Shown piece after piece: positions 37,926 to 51,582 of a stretch of DNA of 64,000 nucleotides (position 1 is the first letter of the stretch; each line of letters opens with the position of its first letter). This stretch comes from Chiloscyllium plagiosum. Lineage: Eukaryota. The notes under the pieces were generated by a model. That model had not been told where the DNA came from. It searched no databases and saw only the letters and a program-made list of their open reading frames with translations. The stretch spans positions 74,095,604-74,159,603 of the forward strand of contig NC_057718.1 of the NCBI RefSeq assembly GCF_004010195.1, written 5' to 3'. A program made the position numbers and the translations under genes.

Positions 37926-38844
37926 ATCCAGATGATCCAGTGACTTTATTTATGGTTAGATTCAGCATTATGCTTAATATACTAGAGGACTGAGTTCAGC
38001 AAAAGTTGTGCATTGTTCTGTAATCTGATCCAGACAGAGATTGGTGCGTCGGCAAAACGCTAGTCTTATTAATGCACGCAGAATTTAAGCTGGTCTATGA
38101 CAGCACGGTATTTGAATTTACTAAAGCATACAGCCAAGAATTATGCTGTGCACTTTTCGCATGCTTTTCCAATCTGGATAAAAGTGGAAACTAACTTTAA
38201 ACCCAGAATCTGTCCCTGGCCTCCCTCTCTGCTTCCCCAATCACCATAAGCAGTTGTATTTCTCCATGTGGGTTTTTAGTCATCCGTTCTGATTTAATTA
38301 CATGACATATCAGAAAATATAGCTGGAATCCTGCAGATTAAAACAGTCCTCTAACTGGAATCTATCCCTGTCATTTATGCTATTACTATTGTCACAACCA
38401 CAAAGCAAAATGATTTCTCAAAGTGGTCCATAGATTGGGAATGATTCCATTTTAAACCTCTGCTGGTTATTTTTGCCTTTGACAAGGTGGACCAGATAAA
38501 GGAAGAATAGTTTGAACCTGGGATCTCTCTCATATCTTGCATATCTCTAACCCTAACACTAAATCAAGCACTAACCAGAATACCAACACAAACTTTAAAC
38601 ATAGTCCCAATCCAAACCATAACCCTGAGCTCAACTCCAATGACAACTGCAACATCCAACCTAACCCTAAATGTAATAACCATCACAACACTAATACCAA
38701 ATTCAAGTCCCAACTAGAACTTCATGCTATCACTAACTTTGAACCTAAGCTTAACACAAACCACATCCCTAGCCCCAACCCTAACCCCAATGCCAACCCC
38801 ATACCTAGTGCTTACCCTGATCCTCACCAAAAGCCAAACACAGA

Positions 38845-39530
38845 ATCCCTACAGTGTGGAAGCAGGTCATTTGGTCCATTGGGTCTACAACAGTTCTCTA
38901 AAAAGCATCTCACCCGGACCCACCCTCCTACCCTATCCCTGTAACACTGCACTTCCCATGGCTAATCCACCTAACCTGCACAACTCTGGACTGTGAGAGG
39001 AAACAGAGCACCTGGAAGAAACCCATTCAAAAGGGGCGAATGAAAACTCAGACAGTCACCTGAAGGTGGAATCAAACTCAGGTCCCTGGCACTGTGAGCC
39101 ACCATGTTGCCCCAATCTGAAACCTAACATTCCCCAAGTCCAAACTGGCCCCAGCCCCAATCCGAAACCAAACCTAGCACTACACTAACTCAAATCTGAA
39201 TTACAAACACAACCCTCACACTAATGTTAACAGGGTGGCACAGTGCCTCAGTGGTTGTCACTGCTGCCTCATTGCACCAGAGACATTGGTTTAATTCCAG
39301 CCTTAGGTAACTGTATAGATTTTGCACAACCCTTCTATCTCTGTGTTGGTTTCCACAAGGTGTTGCAGTTTCATCCCACAGCCAGCACATCTATGGATTA
39401 TGGCCATTGTAAACATGGGGTTACAGGGACTGTTCAAGGAGTGCTGGAGCTGCATGGGATGCTCTTTGGAGGGTCAGTGCAGACTCGGTGATCCAAGTGG
39501 ACTCTTTCTGTACTGTGTTCTATTCTATTA
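38845..39530. mobile_element. Two older HE1-like SINEs (38845-39112 minus; 39232-39530 plus)
   Basis: Diverged V-SINE bodies. Confidence 0.8.
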
Positions 39531-40704
39531 CTCCAAGCCCCAACAATAGTCCAAACCCTAACCCAAACTCAAAGCCAATTGTAAACTTATCACTAACCCA
39601 AACCTAAACCTTACTTTAACCCTAACTTTTATTTTAAGACTAACCCTAACCTTTTCATTGAACCTAACCCTAACCCCACCCTTAATCCTAACCCAATGGC
39701 TAGGCCAACCCCAAACCTAGTGCTCACCATGACTCCAACCAACAGACAATCACAACCATAACATAAATACAAATCTAACACTAAGGCTAACTATAAACCC
39801 AATACTGTAACTAATCTTAACCCTAGCCCCAAACCTTAATACTAACCCTAACCTCAAATCCAACCACCCCTAATTTAAACACGAATGCTAACCCTAATCT
39901 CAATCAAACTAAATCCTAACCCTAAAGCTAACCTTAAGCTCAACTCTAACCTAAGCACTAATGCTAGCCCTATCCTCAACCACAAGCCAGGGCCTAAGTC
40001 TAGTGCTATCCCCAAACTTAACCCTAACCTTACCCCAAACCCTAAACCTAAAGCTCACCACACTTGAATAACCGTATCCTTAATCCAATATTAAACCCTA
40101 CCCTGACTCTATAACCAACTCTTAACCCCAAATAGAACTACAACCCTACCACAAACTCTAACCTTACCCTAACAAAAATCCTAAGCCCAGCCACAACCCT
40201 AACATAAACTCCAATCACATTCCTAATCATAATGCCACCCCAAACCCAAAACCTAAAACTAAACACAACCCCAATTCCAATTCTGCTCTTAACCTAACAC
40301 AAACACTAACCCGAGACCCAGCCAGAACCCCAATTCTAACTCTAATCTCAGTACTAACCCAAAACTCAACCAGAACCCAAATCACAATCGTAGCCCTAAC
40401 ACTAGCAGTAACACCAACACTAACTCCAATCCCAAACCTAACCCGAACTTTAACCATATGCCTAACCTTAATCCTAACCCTAACACTTTTACCCAAAACC
40501 ATTCCACAACCCCAACCTCAGTCCCAAACACAACCCTAACCCTAAACTAAACTCTAATGCTAACCACTGTCCTAATCTCAACCTTAAACCTAAGCCTCAC
40601 CTTAACATCAATAATAATGCTATCCCTAAGCATAACCCCAATCCACACCAATAAAATCCCCAACTGTAACCCACTTCTAACATAAATACTAACACTATCC
40701 CAAC

Positions 40705-40966
40705 NNNNNNNNNNNNNNNNNNNNNNNNNNNNNNNNNNNNNNNNNNNNNNNNNNNNNNNNNNNNNNNNNNNNNNNNNNNNNNNNNNNNNNNNNNNNNNNN
40801 NNNNNNNNNNNNNNNNNNNNNNNNNNNNNNNNNNNNNNNNNNNNNNNNNNNNNNNNNNNNNNNNNNNNNNNNNNNNNNNNNNNNNNNNNNNNNNNNNNNN
40901 NNNNNNNNNNNNNNNNNNNNNNNNNNNNNNNNNNNNNNNNNNNNNNNNNNNNNNNNNNNNNNNNNN
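40705..40966. other. Assembly gap (262 N)
   Basis: N run; the same 24-mer cataaatactaacactatcccaac flanks both sides. Confidence 0.99.
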
Positions 40967-41911
40967 CATAAATACTAACACTATCCCAACCCAAACACCA
41001 ACGCTAGCCCTAAACCTCATCTTAACCTGAACACTAACCTTAAAGCCTATCCTAACACCCAACTCCAAACCACACTCCAACTCTAACCCTAAACTCTACA
41101 ATCTTAATGGTAACCCTAACACAAACTCAATCTTAACCCTACACCCACACTAACCCGAAACTGAATTGCAAACCTTAACCTTAATATCAGTCTCAGGCAC
41201 AATACCAACATTGCTAAACCTCACCCTAAACTTAACCCTCTCACCTTGAACCTTACCCAAACCTTGAGATCAAACCTATCCTCAACTCCAATCCCATCCA
41301 AACACTAACCTTAAATCCAACTCCAGCCCTAGTCCCACCACAATTCCAAACACAAACCCAACACTAACATTAAAAGTAATCCTTGTCCCAAAACCAACTC
41401 CAAGCCCAACGCTAACCCAAAACCCCATCCCAAGTCCTAATCCAAATGCTAACACTAACCAAAACCCCAAGCCTAACCATATTCCTAACCGTAACACAAT
41501 CTCCACATTAACTCCAACACAAACTCTAACCCCAGATATAATCCGAATCCTAATTCGACCATAACCTCAACTCCAACTCCAACTCCAATCCTAATCCTAA
41601 ATGTAACCCAACTCCAATCCTAGTCCAATTCAACCTCCAGTCTGAGTCCAACTTCCATCCCAACCCCAAACTAATTCTGACCTATCCTGATCCTGACCCC
41701 AACCTCAACGCGAGCACTAACCACAACTCAAGAACCAACACTAACCCAACCATATCCCTTAAGTTAACCCTAACTCAACACTCTCTCAACTAACCTCAGC
41801 CCCAAAGCCAACACTAACTCTAACCCTAAATGTAGCTCTTAACGCTAGCACTAACTATAACCCTACAACCTACCCAACCCAAACCTAAACTTTAAACCTG
41901 ACATAATTAAC

Positions 41912-42036
41912 TTACTCCTGGAGGAAAAATGCCTCATCTTCCACCTTGGGACCCTCCAACCACATGGCCCCATTATCGATTTCACCAGTTTCCTCATCTC
42001 CAGTCCCTCCACCTCATCCCAGATCCAACCTTCCAG
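41912..42036 (+). mobile_element. Penelope GIY-YIG endonuclease C-terminal fragment
   Basis: LLEEKCLIFHLGTLQPHGPIIDFTSF resembles the Penelope EN terminus (LEE.hLIF.LGTLqP.GlN.dF). Confidence 0.7.
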
Positions 42037-43258
42037 TAAATCTTAATTAATCTTAGATGAAGTTTCTTGCCAAAAAATCTAGAAGCAATAAGAACAAAAG
42101 CCCCATTTTTGCCCTCATTTAATATGCCTATTTGGAAGCCAATTTTAATATTCTGACAGCTCAAAAATTAATAAATTATGTCTCATGTACACACAAGGTT
42201 TGATTTGTCTTGATCACATGCAAAACAATACTTTTCATTGTATTTCAGTACATGTGACAGTAATAAATCAAATCAAATCAAACAATGAGATTAATAAGTT
42301 GTGTTAAAATTCTCATTCCTTAAGATTTTACCCCAAATAATAGCCTTCTGTCATTTTAAATAGATTTCACTTTAATTTTCTTAAAAAGGATAAAATTGAA
42401 TAAGTATAAAATATAGTAGCATAATTTCTGAATGGTTATTTAATTGTTTGGAACTTACTAGGTGATGTAAGTCTTATATTTTTTATTTTCATTAAAAAAG
42501 GACCACAAAGATAATTAAATAGGATTTCTTTCTTCTGCTCCACTCAAATCTATTTGGTATGAGATATTCTAGATATCCAAGAAAAAATGTATTCATGCAG
42601 AGTTCAAAATCCATGAAGTTTGGAGGGTGTCATTTTAAGATCCAATCTCAATTTAACACTGGTCTCAATCTCACCCTGAACTGTAAAACTAATTTTGAAC
42701 ATCATCCTGACTCTGACCCTCTGCCATTCAAGCCTTCATCTGACCCTAATTACCCTGACCACCCCTTTACCCTGGACACAAGCCTAATTCCAATCTTGCA
42801 ATCCTTAACCTAAATCAAAGGCCTCACTCTAACACTGAGCCCAATCCCGACCCCTAATCCTCATCCTAACAATGATACTAATCATAATAATGAGCCTAAC
42901 CCTACCTCTAATCCAAATTCAATCCTAACCCTTACCAATTACGCTGTAACAATAAACTGACCTTCACACTAACCCTTACATTAAATGCCAATCTGAAAAC
43001 TGATCCTGACCTTAATTCTAACCATAATCCAGTCCTAAATCAAATCCCTAACCTTAACATTGTACTCAACCCTAACTATAGCCATAACAACGGTCCTGAC
43101 CCTGATCCTATCTCTAACTCTAATCCTTAAACCTGATATTGATTATTACTCTATATCTAACTCTAACCATAGGACTGACTCTTAATCTTTTTTCTTAACC
43201 CAAATACTGATTTTATGTTTGTAAGCCGAACACAAACCCTGACCCTAAGCCTGATTAT

Positions 43259-43425
43259 GTGTTGCTGGAAAAGTGCAGCAGGTCAGGCAGCATCCAAGGT
43301 ACAGGAGAATCGCTTATGCCCGAAACGTCGATTCTCCTGCTCTTTGGATGCTGCCTGACCTGCTGCACTTTTCCAGCAACACATTTTCAGCTCTGATCTC
43401 CAGCATCTGCAGTCCTCACTTTCTC
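43259..43425. mobile_element. Penelope family-A fold-back mini-element with 16-bp TSD
   Basis: TSD ccctaagcctgattat at 43243-43258 / 43426-43441; about 55-nt inverted arms enclosing a half hammerhead (gcccgaaacgtc). Confidence 0.85.
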
Positions 43426-43559
43426 CCCTAAGCCTGATTATAATGCTATAATCTAAACCTTAAACTTAACTCCAACACTCTTAACCCTAACTTGCAATTC
43501 CCATTTCAGACTGTAATCATAAACCTACATTCTACCCTCATCTCTCTGAGTCACTTTGC

Positions 43560-45800
43560 TCCTATTACCTATGCTTACCTGACCAACCAACCCTTAATTA
43601 CCTTCATTCACTAATAAACATTAGTTATTCATACTTTGCTGATTAAAAAAAAAATCCAAGGTATCAATATCCCAAGAATAGGATCAAATAATCAACTGCT
43701 ACTGGTACTTTTCAGGAAGGAAACAGAAGAAATGTCTGAAAAGCCTGGTATGCATTGCCCTCATGTGTAAACCTGATCATCACTGAAAAGTTCAATCAAG
43801 TTGGTCTGACATGACCTCGCCTTAACAAAACCATGATGACTATAATTCATTAATCCCTGCCTCTCCAAGCACAGATTAATATGCAAGTTGGGCCGAAGGG
43901 CAGTTCCAATCAGTGAATTAAGAGAATCTTTTCAGCCTGCTCTTTGGGTGTGCATTCGTAATGAATTGTAATATGGCATGGATGAAAGGCAGAAATACCT
44001 TTTTTATGTAGGCAATAATGCTGAATGTCACAGTTGTAGAGGACCAAAACAGGCCCTTTGGCTCAACTCATCCACACCAAACAGGTTTCCTAAACTGTAC
44101 TAGTCCCATTTGCCTGCGCTTGGCCCAAATCTCTCTAAATTTTTTCTATCCATGTATCAGTCCAACTACCTTTACAACTTCCTCTGGCAGCTCATTCCAT
44201 GCATGCATCACCTGCTGTGAAAAAGTTGCCCCATAGGTCCTTTTTGAATCTTTCTGCTCTCACCTTAAACCTGTACTGTCTGGTTTTGGACTCCCCTACC
44301 CCAGGGAAAAGACTTTGGCTCTTCACCTTATCTGTGCCCCTTTATAAGGTCACTCCTCAGCCTGCTATGTGCCTGGAAAAAAATACCAGCCAATCCAGCC
44401 TTTCCTTATAACTCAAACCTTCTAGTCTCAGTAACATCCTTGTGAATCTTTTTGGCACTCTTTCAATTTAGTAATATTATTTTTACAGCAAGGCAACCAA
44501 AATTGTACACAGTACTCCAAATGTGGCCTCACAAATGTCGTGTACAACTCTAATATGATGTCCCAACTCCTGTATTCCCTGCTCTGACTGATAAAGGCAA
44601 GCCTGCCATGCCTTCTTCACCACCCTGTCCACCTATGATGCCACTTTCAGGGAACAATGTACCTACATCGTGATGTCTCTCTGTTCGATAACACTCCCCA
44701 GGGCCCCACTATAGAAGCATAGCAAATGGGTGCAGGAGTACGCCACTTGGCCCTGCACCACCATTCAGTACGATCATGGCTGATCATGCAATTTCAGTAT
44801 CCCATTCCCATGTTCTCTCTATACTCCTTGATCCCTTTATCTGCAAAGGCCTCATCCAGCTTCCTCTTGAATATATCTAATAAACTGGCACCAACTGCTT
44901 TCTGTGGGAGAGAATTCCGCAAGTTCACAACTCTGAGAGAACAAATTCTTCCTCGCTTACCCCTTATTCTTAGAATATGACCCCTGGTTCTGGATTTCCC
45001 CAATATCGGGAATGTTCTTCTTGCATCCAGCCTATCTAGTCCCACCATGATTTTAAATGTTTCTATGAGATTTCTCCCCCTCGCTCTTCTAAATTCCAGT
45101 GAGTACAAGCCCAGTCAATCTAGTCTTTTCTCATAGGTCAGCCCTGCCATCTTGGGAGTCGGTCTGGTCAGCCTTCACTGGACTCCCTCAGTAGTAAGAA
45201 TCTCCTTCCTCAGACTAGACGACCAAAACTGTACACAATACTCAAGGTGTGGCCTCACCAAGGCACTGTATAACTGCAGCAAGACATCCTCTCGCTGTGA
45301 AGGCCAGAATTCCATTAGTTTTCCTCACTGCCTGCTGCACCTGCATGGCAACCTTCAGTGATTGTTCCATTATGACAGCAAGTCTTGTTACCTTTTCCTA
45401 AACTGCCAGCATTCAGATAATAATCTGCCTTCCTGTTTATGCAATCAAAGTGGATAACCTCACATTTATCCACATTATATTGTGTTTGCCCACTCAACCA
45501 GTCTGCCCAAGTCATCTTGCTGACTCTTAGCATCCTCCTCTCAGCACACACTGCCACCCAGTGTCATCTACAAATTTGGACGTATTGCATTCGATTTCTT
45601 CATTTAAAAAGCTGATGTATCTTGTGAGCCATTAACTTTGTAAACCCTGCCCTGGTTTGTCTTACCAAAACACAATACCTCTCATTTATCTGCATTAAAC
45701 ACCAGCAACCATTCCTCAGTCCTCTTGCTCAGTTGATTGAGATCCCATTGGATTCTTAGATAGCTTCCTTTATTGTCCACTATACCAACAATTTCAATGT
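43560..45800 (-). mobile_element. Nested CR1 fragments (minus)
   Basis: YSLEFRRARGRNLIETFKIMVGLDRLD...TRGHILRI...RVVNLRNSLP; YNVDKCEVIHF. Confidence 0.85.
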
Positions 45801-45989
45801 GAGCCAAAATAGATAGCAGACCTGCACAATCAAGTTTAGGATTGGGAAAGAGAACAAATCGGAGATGGGATATCTATTCTGTCCAAACCCTGAAATCTGA
45901 CGAAACTTGATCCCGATCCCAATCTAACACTGTTTGTAATTCCATCCCCAACCTAACCCTAATTCCTGTTCCAAATCCCATCCCAATCC

Positions 45990-47318
45990 CTATTAATTGC
46001 AGGCCAGTTAGCCAAACCTCAGTGGAGAAACAATTGGAAGCAATTCTGAGGAACAGAATTAATCTGTATTTGGAGAGGCAGGGATTAATCAAGAGCAGTC
46101 ATTATGGTTTGTTAAGAAGAGGTCATGTCTGACCAACTTGGTTAAATTTTCAAAGAGGTGACTAGGTGACCAAATGAGGGCAATGCATTTGACAATATCT
46201 GCTGAAGTCCAACTAGACCAATAGAAAGTTCAAAGTTGGACATTGGTAATAAGATCCACGAGATCCAAGGAAATTTCACATTGGATCCAGAATTCGCTGA
46301 GATGCAAAAAGCTTGAATGATTGCTGTGAGTGTTTTTGTGCCTGGAAGCCTGTGACAATTTAAGGTTCTGTAGGAATCAGTGCTGATACCCTTGCTGTTT
46401 GTGGTAAATGTAAATGAATTATACTTGAATGTACATTCATAGGTGAAATGAAAATTGGTGAGATTGTAAATAGTGAGTGTGGTCAGTGATGGGAGTGGTA
46501 TCTTCCCTAAGTGTGGGCAATGATGGGAGTAGTTCCTTCCCAGAGTGTGGGCAATGATGGGAGTAGTTCCTTCCCAGAGTGTGGGCAGTGATGGGAGTGG
46601 TACTTTCCCAGAATGTGGGCAATAGTGAGAAGAATAGCTTTAAATTACAGAAGGATATAGGCAAACTGGTCAGATAGGCTGATCAGTGGCAAATGGAATT
46701 CAATCTGGGTAAATGTGAGTTGATGAACCTTAGCAGAACAACAAGGCGTGGGACTACATGATGGACAGTAGTACCCTGGGAAGCACAATTGATGAGAGGG
46801 ACCTTTATTCATTTCCACCAGTCCCTTAAGATAGCAGGACAGGAAGGTAATTAGATTAGATTACTTACAGTATGGAAACAGGCCCTTCGGCCCAAAAAGT
46901 CCACACCCACCCGCCGAAGCACAACAAACCGGAGCACCCGGAGGAAACCCACGCAGACACGGGGAGAACGTGCAAACTCCACACAGTCAGTCGCCTGAGT
47001 CGGGAATTGAACCCGGCTCTCTGGCGCTGTGAGGCAGCAGTGCTAACCACTGTGCCACCGTGTCACCATAATGTGATATATTGGCTATATGACAAATGTG
47101 GCACATGTGATATTTACCTTTATTAGTCAAGGCTTAGAGTTTAAGAGCAGGGAGGTGATGCTGGAACTATATAAAATGTTTGTTTGGCCACAGCTAGAAT
47201 ATTGTGTGCAATTCTGGAATCCACATTATGAGAGGGATGTGATAGCACTGGAGAGGGTGCAGAGGTAACCTGTGAGGATATTGCGAGGGCTGGAGAATTT
47301 TGATCAAAGATTGGATAG
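45990..47318 (+). mobile_element. CR1 ORF2 fragment (plus); resumes at 56874-56935
   Basis: SHYGLLRRGHV-type remnant and ccacagctagaatattgtgtgcaattctgg = PQLEYCVQFW; contains a minisatellite and a SINE (46851-47066). Confidence 0.8.
46478..46620. repeat. 34-bp minisatellite, about 4 copies
   Basis: Unit agtgtgggcaatgatgggagtagttccttcccag; flanked by aatagtgag at 46469-46477 / 46621-46629. Confidence 0.9.
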
Positions 47319-49868
47319 AGTCATAGAGATGTACTGCATGGAAAGAGACTCTTCAGTCCAACTCGTCCATGGCAGCAAGATTTCCTAACCTAATCTAGTC
47401 CCATTTGCCAGCACTTGGCCCATATCCATCTAAAGGCTTCCTATTTATATACCCATCCAGATGCTTTTTAAACACTGCCTCTGGCAGCTCATTCTATTTA
47501 GGCACCACCCTCTCTATGAAGAAGTTGCCCCTTAGGTCCCTATTATAGATTAGATTAGATAACCTACAGTGTGGAAACAGGCTCTTCGGCCCAACAAGTC
47601 CACACCGACCCGCCAAAGTGCACCAACCCAGACCCATTCCCCTACATTTACCCCTGCACCTAACACTATGGGCAATTTAGCATAGCCAATTCACCTAACC
47701 TGCACAATTTTGGACTGTGGGAGGAAACCAGAGCACCCGGAGGAAACCCACGCAGACACGGGGAGAATGTGCAAACTCCACACAGTTAGTCGCCTGAGGC
47801 AAGAATTGAACCCAGGTCTCTGGCGCTATGAGGCAGCAGTGCTTGCCACCGTGCTGCCCACAAATCCTATATCTTTCTCCCTCTCACCCTAAACCTATGC
47901 CCTCTAGTTTTGGACTCACCCACCCCAGGAAAAGAACTGACTATTTATCCTATCCATGCCTCTCATGATTTTATAAACCTCTATAAGGTCACCCCTCAGC
48001 CTCCAACGCTCTAGGGAAAACAAACCCAGCCTATTCAGCCTCCCCTTAACTCAAATCCTCCAACCCTGGCAACATCCTTGTAAATCTTTTCTGAACCCTT
48101 TCAAGTTTCACAACATCGTTCCAATAGGAAGGAGACCAGAACTGCACACAAAGTTCCAAAAGTGGCCTAACCAACGTCCTGTACAGCTGCAACATGACCT
48201 CTCAATTCCTGTATTCAATACTCTGACCAATAAAGGAAAGGATACCAAACGCCTTCTTCACTATCCTATCTACATGCAACTCTACTTTCAAGGAACTATG
48301 AACCTGCACTCCAAGGTCTCTTTGTTCAGCAACTCTCCCCAGGACCTTACCATTAACTATCTAAGTCCTGCCAAGATTTGCTTTCCCAAAATGCAGTACT
48401 TCAGATTTATCTAAATTAAACTCCATCTGCCAGTCCTCAGCCCATTGGTTCATCTGATCAAGATCCTGTTGTAGTTTGAGGTAACCTTCTTCGCTGTCCA
48501 CTACACCTCCAATTTTGGTGTCCTCCACAAACTTACTAATTATACCTCTTATATTAAATTCCAAATCATTTATATAAATGATGAAAAGTAGTGGACCCAG
48601 CACTGATCCTTGTGGCATTCCACTGGTCACAGGCCTCCAGTCTGAAAAAACAACACTCCACCACCACCCTCTGTCTTCTACCTTCGAGCTAGTTCTGTAT
48701 TCAAATGCCTCGTTTTCCCTGTATTCTAACCTTGCTAACCAGTCTACCATGAGAAACTCTGTTGAACGCCTTACTGAAGTCCAATCAGATCACATTCACT
48801 GCTCTGCCCTCATCAATCCTCTTTGTTACTTTTTCAAAAACCTCAATTAAGTTGGTGAGATATAATTTTCCATGCATAAAGCCATGTTGACTTTCCCTAA
48901 TCGGTCCTTGCCTTTCCAAATACATGTAAATTCTGTCCCTCAGGATTCCCTCCAGCAACTTGCCCACCACCGATGTCAGGCTCAACGGTCTATAATTTCT
49001 GGTTTTTCCTTACCAACTTTCTTAAATAGTGGCACCATGTATGACAACCTCCAGTTTTCTGGCACCTTACCTGCGACTATCGCCGATACAAATATCTCAG
49101 TAAGAGGCCCAGCAATCATTTCCCTAGCTTCCCACAGAGTTCTAGGGTACACCTGATCAGGTCCTGGAGATTTATCCGCTTTTATGCATTTCAAGACATC
49201 CTGCACCACTACCTCTGTAATAGGGACATTTTTCAAGATGTCAACATCTATTTCCCCACATTCTATATCTTCCATGTCCTTCTCCACAGTAAACACTGAT
49301 CAGAACACTCGTTTCGTATCTCTCCCATCTCCTGCAGCTCCATGCATAGGCTACTGATCTTTGAGGGGCCCTATTCTCTCCCTTGTTACCCTTTTGTCTT
49401 TAATGTATTTGTAAGAACTCTTTGGATTTTCCTTAATCCTATTTGCCAAAGCAATCTCACATCCCCATTTTGCCATCCTGATTTTCCTCTTAAGTATACT
49501 CCTACTGCCTTTATACTCTAAGGATTCACTTGATCTCTCCTGACATATGTTACCTTCTTTTTCGTGTCAAAACTGCAATTTTTCAAATCATCCATTATTC
49601 CCCATACGTACCAGCCTTTCCTTTCACCTGAACAGGAATATACTGTCTCTGGACTCGTTATCTCATTTCTGAAGGCTTCTCATTTTCCAGCCATCCTTTT
49701 AAATGCGTACATCTGCCTCCAATCAGTCTTTGAAAGTTGTTGTCTAATACTGTCATTATTAGCCTTTGTCCAATTTAGTACTTCAACGTTTAGATTTCAT
49801 CTATCCTTTTCCATCACTATTTTCAAACTAACAGAATCATGACCGCTGGCTCCAAAGTGCTCTCCCAC
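47319..49868 (-). mobile_element. CR1 LINE 3' two-thirds; its 5' part continues at about 55820-56873; SINE nested at 47547-47860
   Basis: [55 protein letters not shown]. Confidence 0.9.
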
Positions 49869-50129
49869 TGTTAAGATACGGAGTTGGCTAAATTTAAAAC
49901 CAGCAACACAGAAAAGAATTATCCCATGGTCGTAATCAGTAAAAATTCGAATGGCCAAGGACTATTTAAAGTAAAAATTAACAGCTTTATTTCTTAAAGT
50001 ATAACAGAGAATAATTAATTAACCACTGCTGCGGTTCTGTTCGCCGAGCTGGAAGTTTTTGTTGCAAACGTTTCGTCCCCTATCTAGGTGACATCCTCAA
50101 TGCTTGGGAGCTTCCTGTGAAGCGCTTCT

Positions 50130-51029
50130 NNNNNNNNNNNNNNNNNNNNNNNNNNNNNNNNNNNNNNNNNNNNNNNNNNNNNNNNNNNNNNNNNNNNNNN
50201 NNNNNNNNNNNNNNNNNNNNNNNNNNNNNNNNNNNNNNNNNNNNNNNNNNNNNNNNNNNNNNNNNNNNNNNNNNNNNNNNNNNNNNNNNNNNNNNNNNNN
50301 NNNNNNNNNNNNNNNNNNNNNNNNNNNNNNNNNNNNNNNNNNNNNNNNNNNNNNNNNNNNNNNNNNNNNNNNNNNNNNNNNNNNNNNNNNNNNNNNNNNN
50401 NNNNNNNNNNNNNNNNNNNNNNNNNNNNNNNNNNNNNNNNNNNNNNNNNNNNNNNNNNNNNNNNNNNNNNNNNNNNNNNNNNNNNNNNNNNNNNNNNNNN
50501 NNNNNNNNNNNNNNNNNNNNNNNNNNNNNNNNNNNNNNNNNNNNNNNNNNNNNNNNNNNNNNNNNNNNNNNNNNNNNNNNNNNNNNNNNNNNNNNNNNNN
50601 NNNNNNNNNNNNNNNNNNNNNNNNNNNNNNNNNNNNNNNNNNNNNNNNNNNNNNNNNNNNNNNNNNNNNNNNNNNNNNNNNNNNNNNNNNNNNNNNNNNN
50701 NNNNNNNNNNNNNNNNNNNNNNNNNNNNNNNNNNNNNNNNNNNNNNNNNNNNNNNNNNNNNNNNNNNNNNNNNNNNNNNNNNNNNNNNNNNNNNNNNNNN
50801 NNNNNNNNNNNNNNNNNNNNNNNNNNNNNNNNNNNNNNNNNNNNNNNNNNNNNNNNNNNNNNNNNNNNNNNNNNNNNNNNNNNNNNNNNNNNNNNNNNNN
50901 NNNNNNNNNNNNNNNNNNNNNNNNNNNNNNNNNNNNNNNNNNNNNNNNNNNNNNNNNNNNNNNNNNNNNNNNNNNNNNNNNNNNNNNNNNNNNNNNNNNN
51001 NNNNNNNNNNNNNNNNNNNNNNNNNNNNN
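50130..51029. other. Assembly gap (900 N)
   Basis: N run. Confidence 0.99.
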
Positions 51030-51542
51030 TGTAAAGACCCTTTAGGTTCTCCTTAACCCTATTTACCAAAGCTATCTCATGTCCCCTTGTTGCCCTCCTG
51101 ATTGCCCTCTTTTGTATACTCCTACTGCCTTTATAGTCTTCTAAGGATTCACTCAATATCTCTTGTCTGTACCTGACATATGCTTCCTTCTTTTTATAAC
51201 CAAAACTTCAATTTCTCTAGTCGTCCAGCATTCTCTACACCTGCCAGCCTTGTCTATAGTATAGGAATAACAGGAATATACTGTCTCTGAACTCTTGTTA
51301 TCTCATTCAAAGTTTGGGCGAAGATTTGTAGCTCGGGTGCTCGTTGCTGTGTTTCTGTTCGCCGAGCTGTAAGTTTTTGTTGCAAACGTTTCGTCCCCTG
51401 TCTAGGTGACATCCTCAGTGCTTGGGAGCCTCCTGGGAAGCGCTTCTGTGGACAGCTGAAACTGACAACCGGAAGCGGCAGGGACAGGCCACTATAAATG
51501 CCGGAGGAAACACCAGAGAAGCGCTTCACAGGAAGCTCCCAA

Positions 51543-51582
51543 GCACTGAGGATGTCACCTAGACAGGGGACGAAACGTTTGC
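51543..51582 (+). ncRNA. Minimal type I hammerhead motif (mirror copy on minus at 51382-51421; core-mutated copy at 50064-50103)
   Basis: GCA-CUGAGGA-U-GUC(a)CCU-AGAC-AGG(g)GAC-GAAA-C-GUU-UGC: helix I GCA/UGC, helix II, palindrome AAACGUUU as helix III. Confidence 0.8.

Larger units (their letters stand above)
38545..43510 (+). repeat. Degenerate telomere-like (CCCTAA)n hexamer tract, interrupted by SINEs, Penelope pieces, an N gap and an AT-rich block
   Basis: Pervasive ctaacc/cctaac/ccaaac variants with almost no G on +; blocks about 38545-38840, 39110-39230, 39535-41905 and 42640-43510; a further patch at about 45885-45990. Confidence 0.85.

Noticed and set aside
40681..40990. 24-bp direct repeat flanking the gap as a TSD
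   Set aside because: More likely overlapping contig ends in a low-complexity tract; cannot be evaluated across Ns
38537..41506. Pro/Asn- or Gly/Leu/Val-rich ORFs
   Set aside because: Translations of the CCCTAA-like repeat; some span N gaps
46478..46620. 34-bp repeats with an internal palindrome as a CRISPR array
   Set aside because: Units are contiguous with no unique spacers, there are no cas genes, and the context is eukaryotic
50080..51156. Long 305-358 aa ORFs
   Set aside because: Artefacts of the 900-N gap
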